Counted from the first letter of the whole stretch, positions 12,285-23,788 are shown. The stretch: 61,268 nt of DNA, filler included, from Asterionella formosa (GCA_002256025.1; 5 parts of 5 records of this genome joined end to end with filler, not necessarily neighbours in it), one strand, 5' to 3'. Notes: a model not told the origin generated them from the sequence alone. A program made the numbers and translations.

Positions 12285-12860
12285 GAGAGTTCCCTTGGGT
12301 TGTTGCAACCCGTCAACACTGAGGCTTCGTCGTCAGCATCATCATTCAGAATCAAGCATCTGGATCTGACCAGCCGCCTCGACGCACTGGAGTGTAAAAT
12401 CAATTCCTTCGCAACTCCACAATCGATCTGGAACGAATCAGATGAGCTTCTTAGAGAGCTGCACCCGCAAGCAGCATTGACTTATCAAGAACCCTCGACG
12501 CGCAATGACCCCATCTACTATCGCAAGCAGCAAGTCCTGGCGTCTGTTGACGATTTGAAACGAGATTTCGCCGTGCTGAATAGAATTATGAATCTTTTGC
12601 TCATTTCTCAACCAGCCAGCAAACTAACAGAAGAGCAAGTTACGCAGGCTCCCATTCTTGTCTCGACTACTACCAACAATCCAGATGATCAAGTAAGGTT
12701 GGAAAAGTTGCTTGTCGACATTCATCACACTCGTCGCCAAGCGATGGACATGACCAGACGGGTGGATTCGTTGATACAAACATATCATGTAGTCGTTGCT
12801 TCCCTATCGGAAAGAATGCTACTGTTGCATCAAAAAATCGCTGCTAAGGAGCTCCACTGA
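12285..12860 (+). CDS. Coiled-coil protein, possibly dynactin subunit 3 (p22/p24)-like; 5' end may be cut off by the scaffold edge
   Basis: Clean 186-aa ORF. The pattern RKQQVLAS..DL...RLEKL...VDSLIQTYH.VV.SLSERML resembles DCTN3; the product name is an inference. Confidence 0.55.
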   Translation, partial: ESSLGLLQPVNTEASSSASSFRIKHLDLTSRLDALECKINSFATPQSIWNESDELLRELHPQAALTYQEPSTRNDPIYYRKQQVLASVDDLKRDFAVLNRIMNLLLISQPASKLTEEQVTQAPILVSTTTNNPDDQVRLEKLLVDIHHTRRQAMDMTRRVDSLIQTYHVVVASLSERMLLLHQKIAAKELH

Positions 12861-13024
12861 TGCAGAGTGGCTAACTTGCACACCTTTAGTAATAATCATT
12901 GCTCGCCTACAAGTGTTGCTATTGGGATTCCAGCAAACAAGGCATGTAAACAAAGAGGATTCCAATTAAAGAAATACTAAGTACGGAAATAACATCGGCC
13001 AGCTATCCACTCACTGACCATCTC

Positions 13025-15397
13025 TTACTTTGGTAAATACTCACGGTAGGCATCCATCACACTGGCCCTTTTCACCTTGTACGATTGCGTCAACTGTTGA
13101 TTGGCCATGGAAAATGGTTCCATAGTTAGGAAGACATCACCAACCTGCTCCCATGGACGGAAAACAGAACAAGCAGATTTGATCTGCCCCGCCAGTACAG
13201 CTTCAAGTTCCTTGTTGGCGCGCACTCGCTTTGACGCCTCTTGCAACGCCTTGCTACTGGCGGCTGCTTGTTCCTCCGTGCACTTGGGATCATTCAACAC
13301 ATCAATCTCCACTCGCATTGATTCGCCTTCGTTCTTGGAAATAAAGCCATTGACCACCAATTCAGTGGGGTTCAACACGGCAACAGCAACCAAGCGTCGG
13401 CCATCTTGCCCTGTCAACATGATCTGGTCAATTAACGGAGACTGACTCATGATTGCATCTTCGATTGGCACGGGTTCAATGTTTTCTCCATTCGACAAGA
13501 CAATCGTATCCTTAACACGCCCCGTTAAAATCAAATCTCCAGTCGCTGGATTAATTCGGCCCAAATCTCCAGTATCAAACCAGCCAAACCTGTCCACTGC
13601 CTTTTCCGTGGCTTCGGGGTTCTTGTAATAACCCTTCATGACTTGCGGCCCACGACCAACAACAACACCGGCAACTCCATCAGGCAATGCCTTGCGCTCC
13701 CCTTGACTAGGTTTGGCATCAGGATCGACTACTCGCACTTCCGTGTCCATGGTTGCTTTTCCAGCACACCCTGCCGTTACCAAGTTGGCATCGGTGCGGC
13801 GGTAGGAAAGCAATGGAGAACATTCCGTCAAGCCATACCCCACACTGACTGGCAAACCGACAGTCTCATAAAATGATTCGAGTGACCCAGCCAATGCAGA
13901 TCCTCCAGAAATAATTGCCTTGATTGATCCACCGAAGCCGGCTTGGACCTTGCTCCACACCAACTTGTTGCCAACAGCATTCAGCGGAGCCAACGCTTGG
14001 ACCACAGCTCTAGAAAGAATTCTCTGGAATGGAGTGGGAGGTGCATCACCAACAACGAGACCTTGAGCAATCTTCTTATGTTTTACCTTTAAATTCCCAG
14101 TTATAGTAAAAATCTTGACAAGCGTCCGAGCCACAATAGTTCCAGATGAAAACTTATCTTGGACTCCTCCAGCAACCTTTTCTAGCACACGAGGTACCAA
14201 TACCATCCATTCTGGCTTATGCTTGGCCAAATCGTTCTTGAAGGAACGAATGGAGGAGTACACTGTGTAACAACCTCGAGCAGCCATCCAGAGTTCGAAG
14301 GTGCGCTCTGTGATGTGCCAGACGGGCAAGATAGAAACCATGCATTCCCCAGGAAGTGGTTCTGTTTCTTCGTAGGGTTTCGTGGGCGACAATCGATGTC
14401 CCAGCTGATGAATGAGGTTGCCATGCGACAGCATAACGCCCTTGGGGCTCCCCGTAGTTCCCGAAGTGTACACGATTGTCGCGATATCGTCCAGTCCAAT
14501 GTCTGGTATGTCCTTCGCAGCGATTGGCGCGGTCTCCTCCAAGAGATCTGCGAATACTTTGACAGGGACACCTGCCTCTTTTTGCATTTCAGCAATGTCC
14601 TCGTCGCTGCTCTTCTCGCGGTGTATCAGGACGATGGTCTTGACTGGCCCGTGCATGTCGTTCGACAAACCCACACCCGCCACGCCTTTTGCCTTTGCAT
14701 CCTTCAACAATTTCTGCAACAGCTTAGGCCCTTGCAATACTGCCACTCCAGCGCTATCAGAATGCTCGTAAACGTATCGTAGTTCATCGATGGGTGCATC
14801 GGCTCCTCTAACTGCCGAGGTCCCACCAGCCAGCTGGATACCATGGTCTGCCATTAACCACCGAGCAGAGTTTTCCCCGAGAATCGCAACATGTGATCCT
14901 TTCGTGATTCCCAAATTGTAAAAAACTGCGGCCGATTTCTGCACCAAATCATTCATTTCCTTGAACGTGACATCAATGTTCGTGTCGCACATGTGTTCAT
15001 CCAACAACGCTCGCTTGTCCGGGCAATTCTGAGAGAGTTCTTTCCAAAGCATGGGACAGTTCGTGACAGTCTCGCGCATCGTTCGGAGCTTATTAATCAA
15101 TGGATTTGTTGACGAATGGTCCAGTGGGTTGAGAGGAACTTTAGGGTCCTTGAGAATGTTGCCGAGCCTCGACTTTTTGCGGTGAGGGGCGGGAAAGGGC
15201 GGAAGATCTTCACCAAAGAGAACTTCTTCTTCCTCCACCGTCAAGCGTGATTCTGCCATTTTAGTTGTCGCCATCGCTTGAACTCCGCTATGCTGTAGTC
15301 TTGAAATAGCTCTCGGAGCAAAGGCCTCTGTCGTTCGAAACGTCTGATCCGTTACCACGGCCAGGAACGCGAGACTCACTTGAATTGCAAAAATCAT
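13025..15397 (-). CDS. Plastid long-chain acyl-CoA/acyl-ACP synthetase (AMP-binding family, AAE15/16-like)
   Basis: YTSGTTGSPKGV, GYGLTE, GWFDTGDLG, GRVKDTIVLSNGENIEP. Likely start MIFAIQVSLAFLAVV...TEAFAP, an ASAFAP-like bipartite leader. Confidence 0.93.
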   Translation of the reverse strand: MIFAIQVSLAFLAVVTDQTFRTTEAFAPRAISRLQHSGVQAMATTKMAESRLTVEEEEVLFGEDLPPFPAPHRKKSRLGNILKDPKVPLNPLDHSSTNPLINKLRTMRETVTNCPMLWKELSQNCPDKRALLDEHMCDTNIDVTFKEMNDLVQKSAAVFYNLGITKGSHVAILGENSARWLMADHGIQLAGGTSAVRGADAPIDELRYVYEHSDSAGVAVLQGPKLLQKLLKDAKAKGVAGVGLSNDMHGPVKTIVLIHREKSSDEDIAEMQKEAGVPVKVFADLLEETAPIAAKDIPDIGLDDIATIVYTSGTTGSPKGVMLSHGNLIHQLGHRLSPTKPYEETEPLPGECMVSILPVWHITERTFELWMAARGCYTVYSSIRSFKNDLAKHKPEWMVLVPRVLEKVAGGVQDKFSSGTIVARTLVKIFTITGNLKVKHKKIAQGLVVGDAPPTPFQRILSRAVVQALAPLNAVGNKLVWSKVQAGFGGSIKAIISGGSALAGSLESFYETVGLPVSVGYGLTECSPLLSYRRTDANLVTAGCAGKATMDTEVRVVDPDAKPSQGERKALPDGVAGVVVGRGPQVMKGYYKNPEATEKAVDRFGWFDTGDLGRINPATGDLILTGRVKDTIVLSNGENIEPVPIEDAIMSQSPLIDQIMLTGQDGRRLVAVAVLNPTELVVNGFISKNEGESMRVEIDVLNDPKCTEEQAAASSKALQEASKRVRANKELEAVLAGQIKSACSVFRPWEQVGDVFLTMEPFSMANQQLTQSYKVKRASVMDAYREYLPK

Positions 15398-15682
15398 TTT
15401 CAAAGCCTGATAGAATTCAATGCGCTTCTGCTTCACAGATCTCTGAGTAGGCCAAATGCCCTTTGATTGCAGAGACCAGGAGCAACAAGGAGACTCACAA
15501 CAGCACAAAGTGATGTACCGTAGTGTTGTAGTCCCTTCCCGATGTACAAACAAGAACCTATTTATACAGAATGAGCAATAAAGTTTTTGTCTGGACGATA
15601 TTACAAACACACTATTATTTTTTGACTGCAAATCATAACCAACGCAAGTCCACCTCTACAAATCTACATATTACTGATGAAT

Positions 15683-16210
15683 ATACCGGTATATATACTT
15701 GATGACAAACGGGAGACTCTATGATAGAGTACCTGTAACAGTATGGTACTGGTACATACCTGGTAGACTAGTATGTTCCTGTTCTCGGAGGTCGTACGTT
15801 TAGACAACCAGGTACCTGGTACCAGGTACAACGACCTTGGATCAAGCGTACTCTGCAACTGGTGCCAGTACCAGGTACGAGGTAACTGGTACCAGGTACC
15901 AGGGTAACATCATGGTAGTACGGAGTACTTGGTATACCAGGTATACCAGTAATGAGGAACGGTTCGTATCACCATACCATATCTTTGTTCATGCAACATC
16001 CTCATGGTCGGAAACGACGACAACTGCCTTCGTTCTCCTCCGAAGTAGGAATTGTTCCTACACGTGTACCATGAGTACAAGGATGAATAATCCTGTCACC
16101 AGGTATATTCACGGTAAACTACCGGAACGAGTGTCAACAGTTGAGACACCAGGCGGGGGAACGTGGCATAGTACCAGGTACCTGGTACCCCTGGTACCAG
16201 CAGGTAACCA
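15683..16210. repeat. Cluster of GGTACC / TACC(A/T)GGTA palindromic motifs
   Basis: Examples: accaggtacctggtaccaggtac at 15807 and the perfect palindrome gtaccaggtacctggtac at 16171. Confidence 0.8.
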
Positions 16211-16241
16211 CCTAAACACTTTTTTAGACTCATCCTAAAAA

Positions 16242-18493
16242 AGGGGTGATCTTAACAGAGATAAAAATATTTTATCATTTTATTCTTGTATCTTCAAGAA
16301 CATGAATCTTTACAGAGATGCATTTCACCAAAATATCAAAGTAACAGCAAAACAGTTTGCTGTTTTTTAATGTCTCTGTCACAGTAGTTGGTTGAGCACA
16401 TTGCCTTTTATCTGAAGTTGTGTGATTCAATTCCCCCAATTTTTTTGAGAAGCAATTGTTGGGTTTGACTTCCACACTCCTTTCTGTCCCACATGGTCTT
16501 GCCTGGTGCTGTGCAAGAAATAGTGGGTTGCTTGTGCCACCTTCTTCCTAGGCAGTTGGAGTTTCCCCTAATGCTACAGCAAAGACAACCACCTTTTGCA
16601 AAAGGTGGTTAGGGACTCACATATGCTAACAAAACAAGGAAATCACAGGTCTTGTTGGCAGTTAGCACAATGAAAGACTTGCCTAGTAATAGGGGAGTAC
16701 AATGGGCTATAAAACATACTATCCTTTTGCTATGCATCAGACTCAGCAAAAATAATAGCAATGTGCGCTCCAAACATACAACCTGTCTGAAAATCATCAT
16801 TACTCAAATGAAAATGACAAATCGACAAGAAGAACCTGACATTTGGGCTGTCATTAAAAATCTTGATTTAGAACAGGAAATATAAGCAGAACAACAGAGC
16901 TTTCTGTTACTTGCAGCAAGCAAAATGGGAGTATCAATAACTTGACTGGTATGATCAAATCAGAAAGCTTCTCCCTGAGAGTAGTTTTCATCATGAATAT
17001 TGCATGTCTCTTCAAGCTTTCAATCACCCACTGGAACTACTTTGATCTTCTATCACAGTTTATTCTGTCAAATCAAATGCAAGTTTTGGCTTATACAGCT
17101 CAAATCAGCATATTTATCCTGAGTTGACCCTTGCCATCAGACTTCGCTGGCTTGCAGGCGGAAACCTCATAGACATTTGTCATGTCTATGCNNNNNNNNN
17201 NNNNNNNNNNNNNNNNNNNNNNNNNNNNNNNNNNNNNNNNNNNNNNNNNNNNNNNNNNNNNNNNNNNNNNNNNNNNNNNNNNNNNNNNNNNNNNNNNNNN
17301 NNNNNNNNNNNNNNNNNNNNNNNNNNNNNNNNNNNNNNNNNNNNNNNNNNNNNNNNNNNNNNNNNNNNNNNNNNNNNNNNNNNNNNNNNNNNNNNNNNNN
17401 NNNNNNNNNNNNNNNCAGGATGAATGGATTCCTTGAAAAAGCGAGCAGCAACTATTTTGTGGATGCATTGGTGCTATAGATGGATATTTACAGCCTATTT
17501 CTAAACCAAGAAAAAGGATTGTGGTGGCTTCCCTCAAGCATATTGGTCTGGGCATTATATGTCATATGGATTGAAAGTTCAAGCTGTTTGAGACAGTTAT
17601 TGCTGTTTCCTATAATTTAGTGTCGTGGCACAAGGAAAATGTCCAGATCAGAAGGCATTTGAAAGAGCAAAAACTATTCAGTTTGTATCCAACAACCTTC
17701 GTCCAAGACAATATGTAGTAGGTGATGCTGCTTTCACATTGACTGATCAAGTGCTCCGTCCATTTGTTGGAAGTCAAAGGGAATCAACAAACAAAGATGC
17801 ATACAACTATTTCCTTTCACAACTACGCATTAGAATTGAGATGACGTTTGGATTGCTCATCAATAAATGAAGGATCCTGAGGAAATCCTTGTCCTTCAGG
17901 ATGAAGAAATCAGTTGCAATTCTTTCTGCTTGTGCCCGCTCACACCATTTTTGCCTACTCATGGATGATGATAAAAAGAAAGAACTTGCTAATGGAATGA
18001 AATTTCTGACTAGTTTGGAGCTTGTTGATCCAATGCCCAATGCTCCTCTCATCTTTCTAATATCAGGCGATTGGATGTAGTACAAGGTACTTCACAAATT
18101 CGGCAAATTATTCTTGATGATGTCACCAAAAATGGGTTTAGACGGCCTCCAGCTAATGTGTTGCGCCGACGACGTGAACTGACTGAAATTGGAATTATTC
18201 ATGGCTAAATGTCCTTGCATCCAGCTCACACATAGTTGGTGAATTCCTAAGGTCCAAAACATCTTGACGATGTTTCTGATCGAAGAAGACATTTATTACT
18301 CAGTAGTATGTTCCGTGCTTCTTTATATATTTGAGAGTAGTTGCAGCATTTCTTTCTTTCTTATCCTTGGGAGTTCATCCATGTTTCTTAATGATTATCT
18401 GGGCTTTTTCAGAATCATAATCATAATCCATTAAAAAATCGACAGGGACTGGAGATGAAAAGGCAGACAATTAGGAAGGAGATAATTAGGAAT
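16242..18493 (+). mobile_element. PIF/Harbinger DNA transposon (degenerate): left TIR, DDE transposase (+), ORF2 remnant (-)
   Basis: TIR-like aggggtgatcttaacagagataaaaat matches the reverse complement of 40300-40329. Transposase motifs LAIRLRWLAGG, GCIGAIDG, VGDAAF, YNYFLSQLRIRIEMTFGLL. Homologous to 37830-39490. Confidence 0.88.
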
Positions 18494-18497
18494 CTAT

Positions 18498-19400
18498 ATG
18501 TTGCTTCCAGCAACAAATTTTTGTGGCTCCGAAATGTGTATCTGTGTGTATAACTGCGGGTACAACCAGCGTTAAGCAACACTAATGTTATAAATGTAAA
18601 ATATTTCATGTAATTAAATTAAGCAACAAAGACACCATTTTTATATCTAATGGCAACAACAGAAATGAATTTTGGGAGGAGGGATTCTCAGCAGCAATTA
18701 TTATCATCTCTAGCTACTCATGGAATAATGCTTTTCATCACTTGTAAACGACTTGCGCAATAGCATCATTTGAATGTTTGGACAATGAAACTTTCTCTGC
18801 AGCAAGGAAACAGGATGACCAGTGGGTTGCATGTATCACTCTGCTGATTTTTTCATTGACAACGAAGGGTCTTTGAAGACGATAAAAGACATTCTCATTC
18901 AACAGATATTGCTACAATGACTTCGTCGTATTTGCGTTCGCTTTAAAATCGCCGATAATGATCACACACATTAAGAATTGGTTAAAGACTCTTGATCTTT
19001 GAGACATGATGGAGTAAAACAAAAAGTCATCGAAAGAGCCAAAGAAGTATCTGAAAAGAAATGGAGCTCCCTTTACTCCTGAATCATCAACAAGGTTGCT
19101 TGTCTCCTCGCCTAAAGAAGTATCTGAAAATAAAAGGCTCTCCCTTTACTCCTGAATCATCAAAAAGGAATTCTCCTCGTCTGCTACTATCAAAGCATCT
19201 TTCTATTACCACAGAAGATATTGCCAATGACTCAAGTACAGATTCCGATTTATCTCCTTCCCAATTGTCTGCATTTACCTCTCCAGTTCCTGCTGATATT
19301 TTATTGGATGACGATTCTAAAAGATCCCACCAGATTATTAAGAAACAGGGACGACCTTCCAAGAATCAGTGGAAAAGAAATGCTGTAACTGCTCCCAAAT
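18498..19400 (+). mobile_element. Inverted Harbinger ORF2 5' segment
   Basis: Reverse-complement match to about 39330-40248, including a shared internal tandem duplication (KKYLK...PFTPESS twice). Confidence 0.85.
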
Positions 19401-19947
19401 TCATGCCGGCCGGCTGTACAGCAATCTTGGCAGTTATCATTGGACATACACTAACTGTTGCGAATGCTGGGGATTCCCAAGCTGTCCTTTGCAGGGTGGC
19501 GGGTGGAAAGACGGAAGCATTAAGTTTCGACCGCAAACCACAGCAAGATCAAGTAATGGATAGAATTCACAAGGCTGGTCGATTTGTCAACCAATTCGGG
19601 CGTGTGAATGGAAACTTGAACCTTTCTTGATCCAATGCATGGTGATCTGAAATATAAACAAGTTCCTGGAACTCCCCCAGCAGGACACATGATTACAGCG
19701 GAACCCAATATTGTTCAGGTGATTCTGCATCCAAATGACGAATTCATTATTTTGGGTTGTGATGGACAACAAACAGGCGGTAAAATACGTGAGAGAGCGA
19801 ATTGACACCAAGACGCCAGTAGAGATTGGAATTGAGATGCTAGATGAAATCATTAGTGAAGATACTCAATCTACCCAAGGTATTGGCGGAGATAACATGA
19901 GGATTATGGTTATTGATTTGCAACCACAGCAACGAGCCTACCAGTAA
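19401..19947 (+). pseudogene. PP2C/PPM protein phosphatase C-terminal fragment (PPM1G-like)
   Basis: AGCTA, VANAGDS.AVLCR, LSFD.KP, GRVNGNLNLS, GDLKYK, ITAEP, FIILGCDG, GGDNM. Premature TGA at 19628, a frameshift and a small deletion; the N-terminal part is missing. Confidence 0.88.
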
Positions 19948-20847
19948 AAACTTTATAATTAAAAGTCTCAGTAAGGTAAAAAATGTAAATTTTAGCTGTT
20001 ATAGTCTATCTTTCGTTGTGATGGATTGATTGGTTTCCCCATGACTACTACTACATAAACAATTATGACGCTAGTTGAGCTATGCAAAAGAGGGGGGGGG
20101 GGCGGGGGAATTGATCATATTTCTACTGTTAATATGATAAAAAATAGTATTAAACTATAGGAAAAGATGGTTGAGCTAAATTTCTTTATTTGCAGAACCA
20201 CCTCTCATCATAACAGATACTACACACATTATTAGATAGTCCAGAACTGTTTTATTATTTACCAGGTCTAAATTTATTATTGATATTCACGAATTGAGAA
20301 TTAGCATCATAAGAAGATGGACAAAGGGTTATGCTGTCGTTAGTGCAACTTCCATTTTCTTTTTTACCTACAAAGGCTATTATATTGCCAGCGTATCTAT
20401 TGGTAGAGGACAGGTACCTGGTACCAGGTATATGGTCTATCATGCATGAGCATGATACCTGCATCCCAAAGTGGATTCACTTTTCATCCTGTACATTTAT
20501 ACCATGGTAGACCACAGGTAGTCTATTACTCCTATGTATTTCCAGCCATCAATCAATATACTCATTGAAATGACTAACACAACAATGATATTCTTAACCA
20601 TCTCACCAAAAGACCAAAACAGGATGGCAGGGACTAGTCAAAAATATTAGATAACTGTCTATTTCGTATGTTAGCAGATCTGTGAAGCTAGCGTCATATT
20701 TGCATGTTTACAGCGTTCATTGCAGTTGGTTAGGAACGTACTGTACCTGTGCTCGTAACAGACCTGGTACGAGGTACATATATGGCAGATGAGTAAAATA
20801 TGATGTGTGCGCTTTACTAGTAGCCTTAGGTAGTGGCATGGAACACC

Positions 20848-22569
20848 TCAGGTCAGCTCAAACTCGTATTTCTCAGTTAGCTTGGCAAAGCGCCGTTCCT
20901 TCAGACGACGCAAAAGACGAGAAACCAGCAGAGATATTCCGACACAAAGTCCACAAAGTGCGCAAATAATTCCAAATACTTGTGCACCTGACACTTTATC
21001 AGGTCTGAACTCTATAGGAACGCCTCCTAGTTTTGGGCTGACATTGGATTCTGGTGTCAGGAACCCACTCCCTGGTCCAGATAATGGAGGAGGAGTTTCG
21101 GGAGGTCCATTTGGAGTAATTTCCGGAGTTGATGGGAGAAGAGCATTGCCAAACGAAATGTCCATGGGAAGATCAAATTGGCAGATATCAGCACTATTCT
21201 TGGAGGCTTTGGCAAACCCAACCCGCTTGTTTTGAAAGTCAAAGGCAGCATAGTACTTCAGCAAAAATGAGTCACCGAGAATCCAACCTGGCATGTCGTT
21301 GGTTCCCTGAAGGCGAAGCATACAAATATCATCTTGGGAAGTTTTGATTCGCAAGACTAAATCTTCCTTGCTCAGCAGATACGTGGTGCCATCCGCTTTG
21401 AACTCCAAATCAAAGAAAGGTCTATCACAGACCACATAAGCAGCATCAAATCCGTCTGGAGAATCACAATCTACTAGTTCAGGTTCAGCTCCGGGAACCA
21501 TGACAAAGCAGTTAGCCCCATTGATCTTTGCAATTTGACCAATGGCATCTCTTGGTCCAACAACGAAGGTGGATCCGCTGTCCACAACTGCCAGATTCGA
21601 GCTGGGCATTTGAGCGCCTCCTACTTGAACGGAATCCAGCTTAAAATCCCAGTAACCAACAAAAGTCTCACCAGAATTGACGTCTTCAAATTGACCAAGA
21701 TCGTGCCAAGTTATGCATCCTTCATAGTGTTTTTGATTGACTCCACCAAAGATAAGCTCCGAATGTGTTGTCAACGCATGGCCGCTTCCATGCGCTTTAT
21801 TCCTGCCATGTTGCTGTTCTTCTGGGTAGTCATCTGTCACATCCAAATAAAGTGAAAAGAGAGGGTGACGAAGTTTGTCTTTCAAGTTATGTATTGGCGT
21901 TGGAAAGTTGTGCGAGGAGATAAAGCTGAATCCTAATCCAAAAATACCCTCCTCACTTGCACAGGATTGAAAGTTAGAGAGTTTAGTAATTTGTGCAAAA
22001 ATCTGACCTGGAACCGTTAGAGAATCACCCAAATGCAAGACGTCCTTAACATGTACACCAACAGCAACTTCACCATCGGCGTATTCATCGTGAAATGCAT
22101 TGAGAGTGGGGTCTATCGAGCCAGGTTCGTAGGTTGAGGACAAATCCGAGTCATACTTCCTCCAACCTTCAAATTCATTGCAACTTTCGTCGCATTTTGA
22201 TGACGGAACCCATAGGTCGGCTGATCCCGTATCAAAGTCTACAGCAAACTTTTGTGCCGGGGTTCCTAGTCCAATTTCTCCGGTCCATAACACCAAATGG
22301 CAGTTTGACAATGCAAGCGATCCGATCTCGTCTTGTAATTCTCGATCATTCCCAATTAGCCTGGATCGCCAGTTTAGAGGTCCATGAGGAAACAAAGGCG
22401 TCGACGAGGAGGTTTCAAGTGATCCGCCTTTTGAATGCGCCAATTGTGAGCTCGAAGCTTCTGGATGTTCCAAGCGATATAAGCGACGTGCTCGGTGATG
22501 CTCTAGTTGGCCCCAAAGGGCATTTTCAAGGCGTTCCGAATCTCTCTGAAGCTTGACCGCGAACGCCAT
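20848..22569 (-). CDS. Pepsin-family (A1) aspartic protease with Pro-rich linker and C-terminal TM helix
   Basis: Catalytic motifs FDTGSADLWV and VDSGST; WILGDSFLLKYYAAFD; hydrophobic C-terminal helix. Confidence 0.93.
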   Translation of the reverse strand: MAFAVKLQRDSERLENALWGQLEHHRARRLYRLEHPEASSSQLAHSKGGSLETSSSTPLFPHGPLNWRSRLIGNDRELQDEIGSLALSNCHLVLWTGEIGLGTPAQKFAVDFDTGSADLWVPSSKCDESCNEFEGWRKYDSDLSSTYEPGSIDPTLNAFHDEYADGEVAVGVHVKDVLHLGDSLTVPGQIFAQITKLSNFQSCASEEGIFGLGFSFISSHNFPTPIHNLKDKLRHPLFSLYLDVTDDYPEEQQHGRNKAHGSGHALTTHSELIFGGVNQKHYEGCITWHDLGQFEDVNSGETFVGYWDFKLDSVQVGGAQMPSSNLAVVDSGSTFVVGPRDAIGQIAKINGANCFVMVPGAEPELVDCDSPDGFDAAYVVCDRPFFDLEFKADGTTYLLSKEDLVLRIKTSQDDICMLRLQGTNDMPGWILGDSFLLKYYAAFDFQNKRVGFAKASKNSADICQFDLPMDISFGNALLPSTPEITPNGPPETPPPLSGPGSGFLTPESNVSPKLGGVPIEFRPDKVSGAQVFGIICALCGLCVGISLLVSRLLRRLKERRFAKLTEKYEFELT

Positions 22570-23311
22570 CGTATTGCGATCTCGGATTCGCTTTCCGTCT
22601 GTTTACTTGTTTAATATTATTTTGTTCTTGTTCTTATTTTATTTGTTAACATTTTTTAGTATTGCAGACTACATTCCGGTTTAACGGTACCTGGTACCGC
22701 TAGCCTACAGAGTCTGGCTTACATAGTATACCGGGCGGACAAAAGCCCTCTATATGACATATCATTCATAGTACCTGGTAGCTTAGTGTCTATGGATGTA
22801 TTCAATATGTATACGAGTTTAAGAGCAATGTATATGATGCTCAAGAGATCACTTAATTGAACACCCGGCATTGTATTTTGTTGTCTATATATCATGCTGC
22901 TACCCTGGTGAGGGAGTACATTTTATTTTGCATGATGCACAAGATAGCGGTATGGATTTGAAGGACAAATGTACAGGTGTAACGGTATATGTACCGTAGT
23001 GAGATATCCCTTCTTTAGCACGATTCCGTTTAGCATACCGGGTACTGCCACGGTGTACCGGTCTGGCGGATCGTTCGTTCAAGGCGGAATGACTGGTCAT
23101 GGGTCGTTGCCTCCTTTTATCTACACAGTACAGCACCTACCAGGTACCAGTTACATACTATTAGCTATGAAAGAAAGCGTGGGAGCGAGTAGAACAAAAA
23201 ATGCACGATCAAAAAAGGGTTTCCACATCAGTCTCATAAAACATTTCAAGCAATCAAGGTCGAAAGGTTTGAAAAGACGTTGAGAAACAATATTGATATA
23301 CAAGACATACA

Positions 23312-23788
23312 ATGAAAATCGTCTTCCAAAGTCTCATCATTGCTGCTCTTGTCAACATCATGGTCATGGCCCAGGATGGATGCTTAGTGGGTGATATTAT
23401 GTTCCAAAATGGTGCAGACCTTGGATTCCTTGGACTCGAATGCCTGAACTCCACTCATTTTGATGCCTCTGAATCTGCTTGCGTCAACGGCGTGATTGAA
23501 GAGACGGCAACTGTCCTGAGCTGCAGCGGTAGTGTTCCATATTGCGTTCAGTGTGGCAACCGAACGGCGGGTGCTGCCCTTTGTTTGAGCACACCAGAAG
23601 TGCCGCCTACTTGTGACGACATCTTATACAAACCTGTCGAAGCGGTTCCTACTGCAGCTGCTGCTAGTGACAAGATGATTGGAAGTAAGGGTATGATGAA
23701 GATGGGAGGTATGGGTATGATCAGAGAGCGTATTCTTTATGATGTTGCTACCCCAAAAGTGAAACGCTTTCGTGGCAGTAATGTGTGA
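23312..23788 (+). CDS. Small secreted Cys-rich protein with Met/Gly/Lys-rich tail, function unknown
   Basis: Signal peptide MKIVFQSLIIAALVNIMVMA; 8 Cys in about 80 aa; tail GSKGMMKMGGMGM. Confidence 0.8.
   Translation: MKIVFQSLIIAALVNIMVMAQDGCLVGDIMFQNGADLGFLGLECLNSTHFDASESACVNGVIEETATVLSCSGSVPYCVQCGNRTAGAALCLSTPEVPPTCDDILYKPVEAVPTAAAASDKMIGSKGMMKMGGMGMIRERILYDVATPKVKRFRGSNV

Noticed and set aside
13101..14782. Antisense ORFs inside the acyl-CoA synthetase (similarly within the protease, THUMP gene and gyrA)
   Set aside because: Shadows of the real coding strand with no motifs.
15398..15631. N-terminal 78 aa of the 868-aa ORF
   Set aside because: Non-ATG start; the Met at 15397 begins a proper signal peptide.
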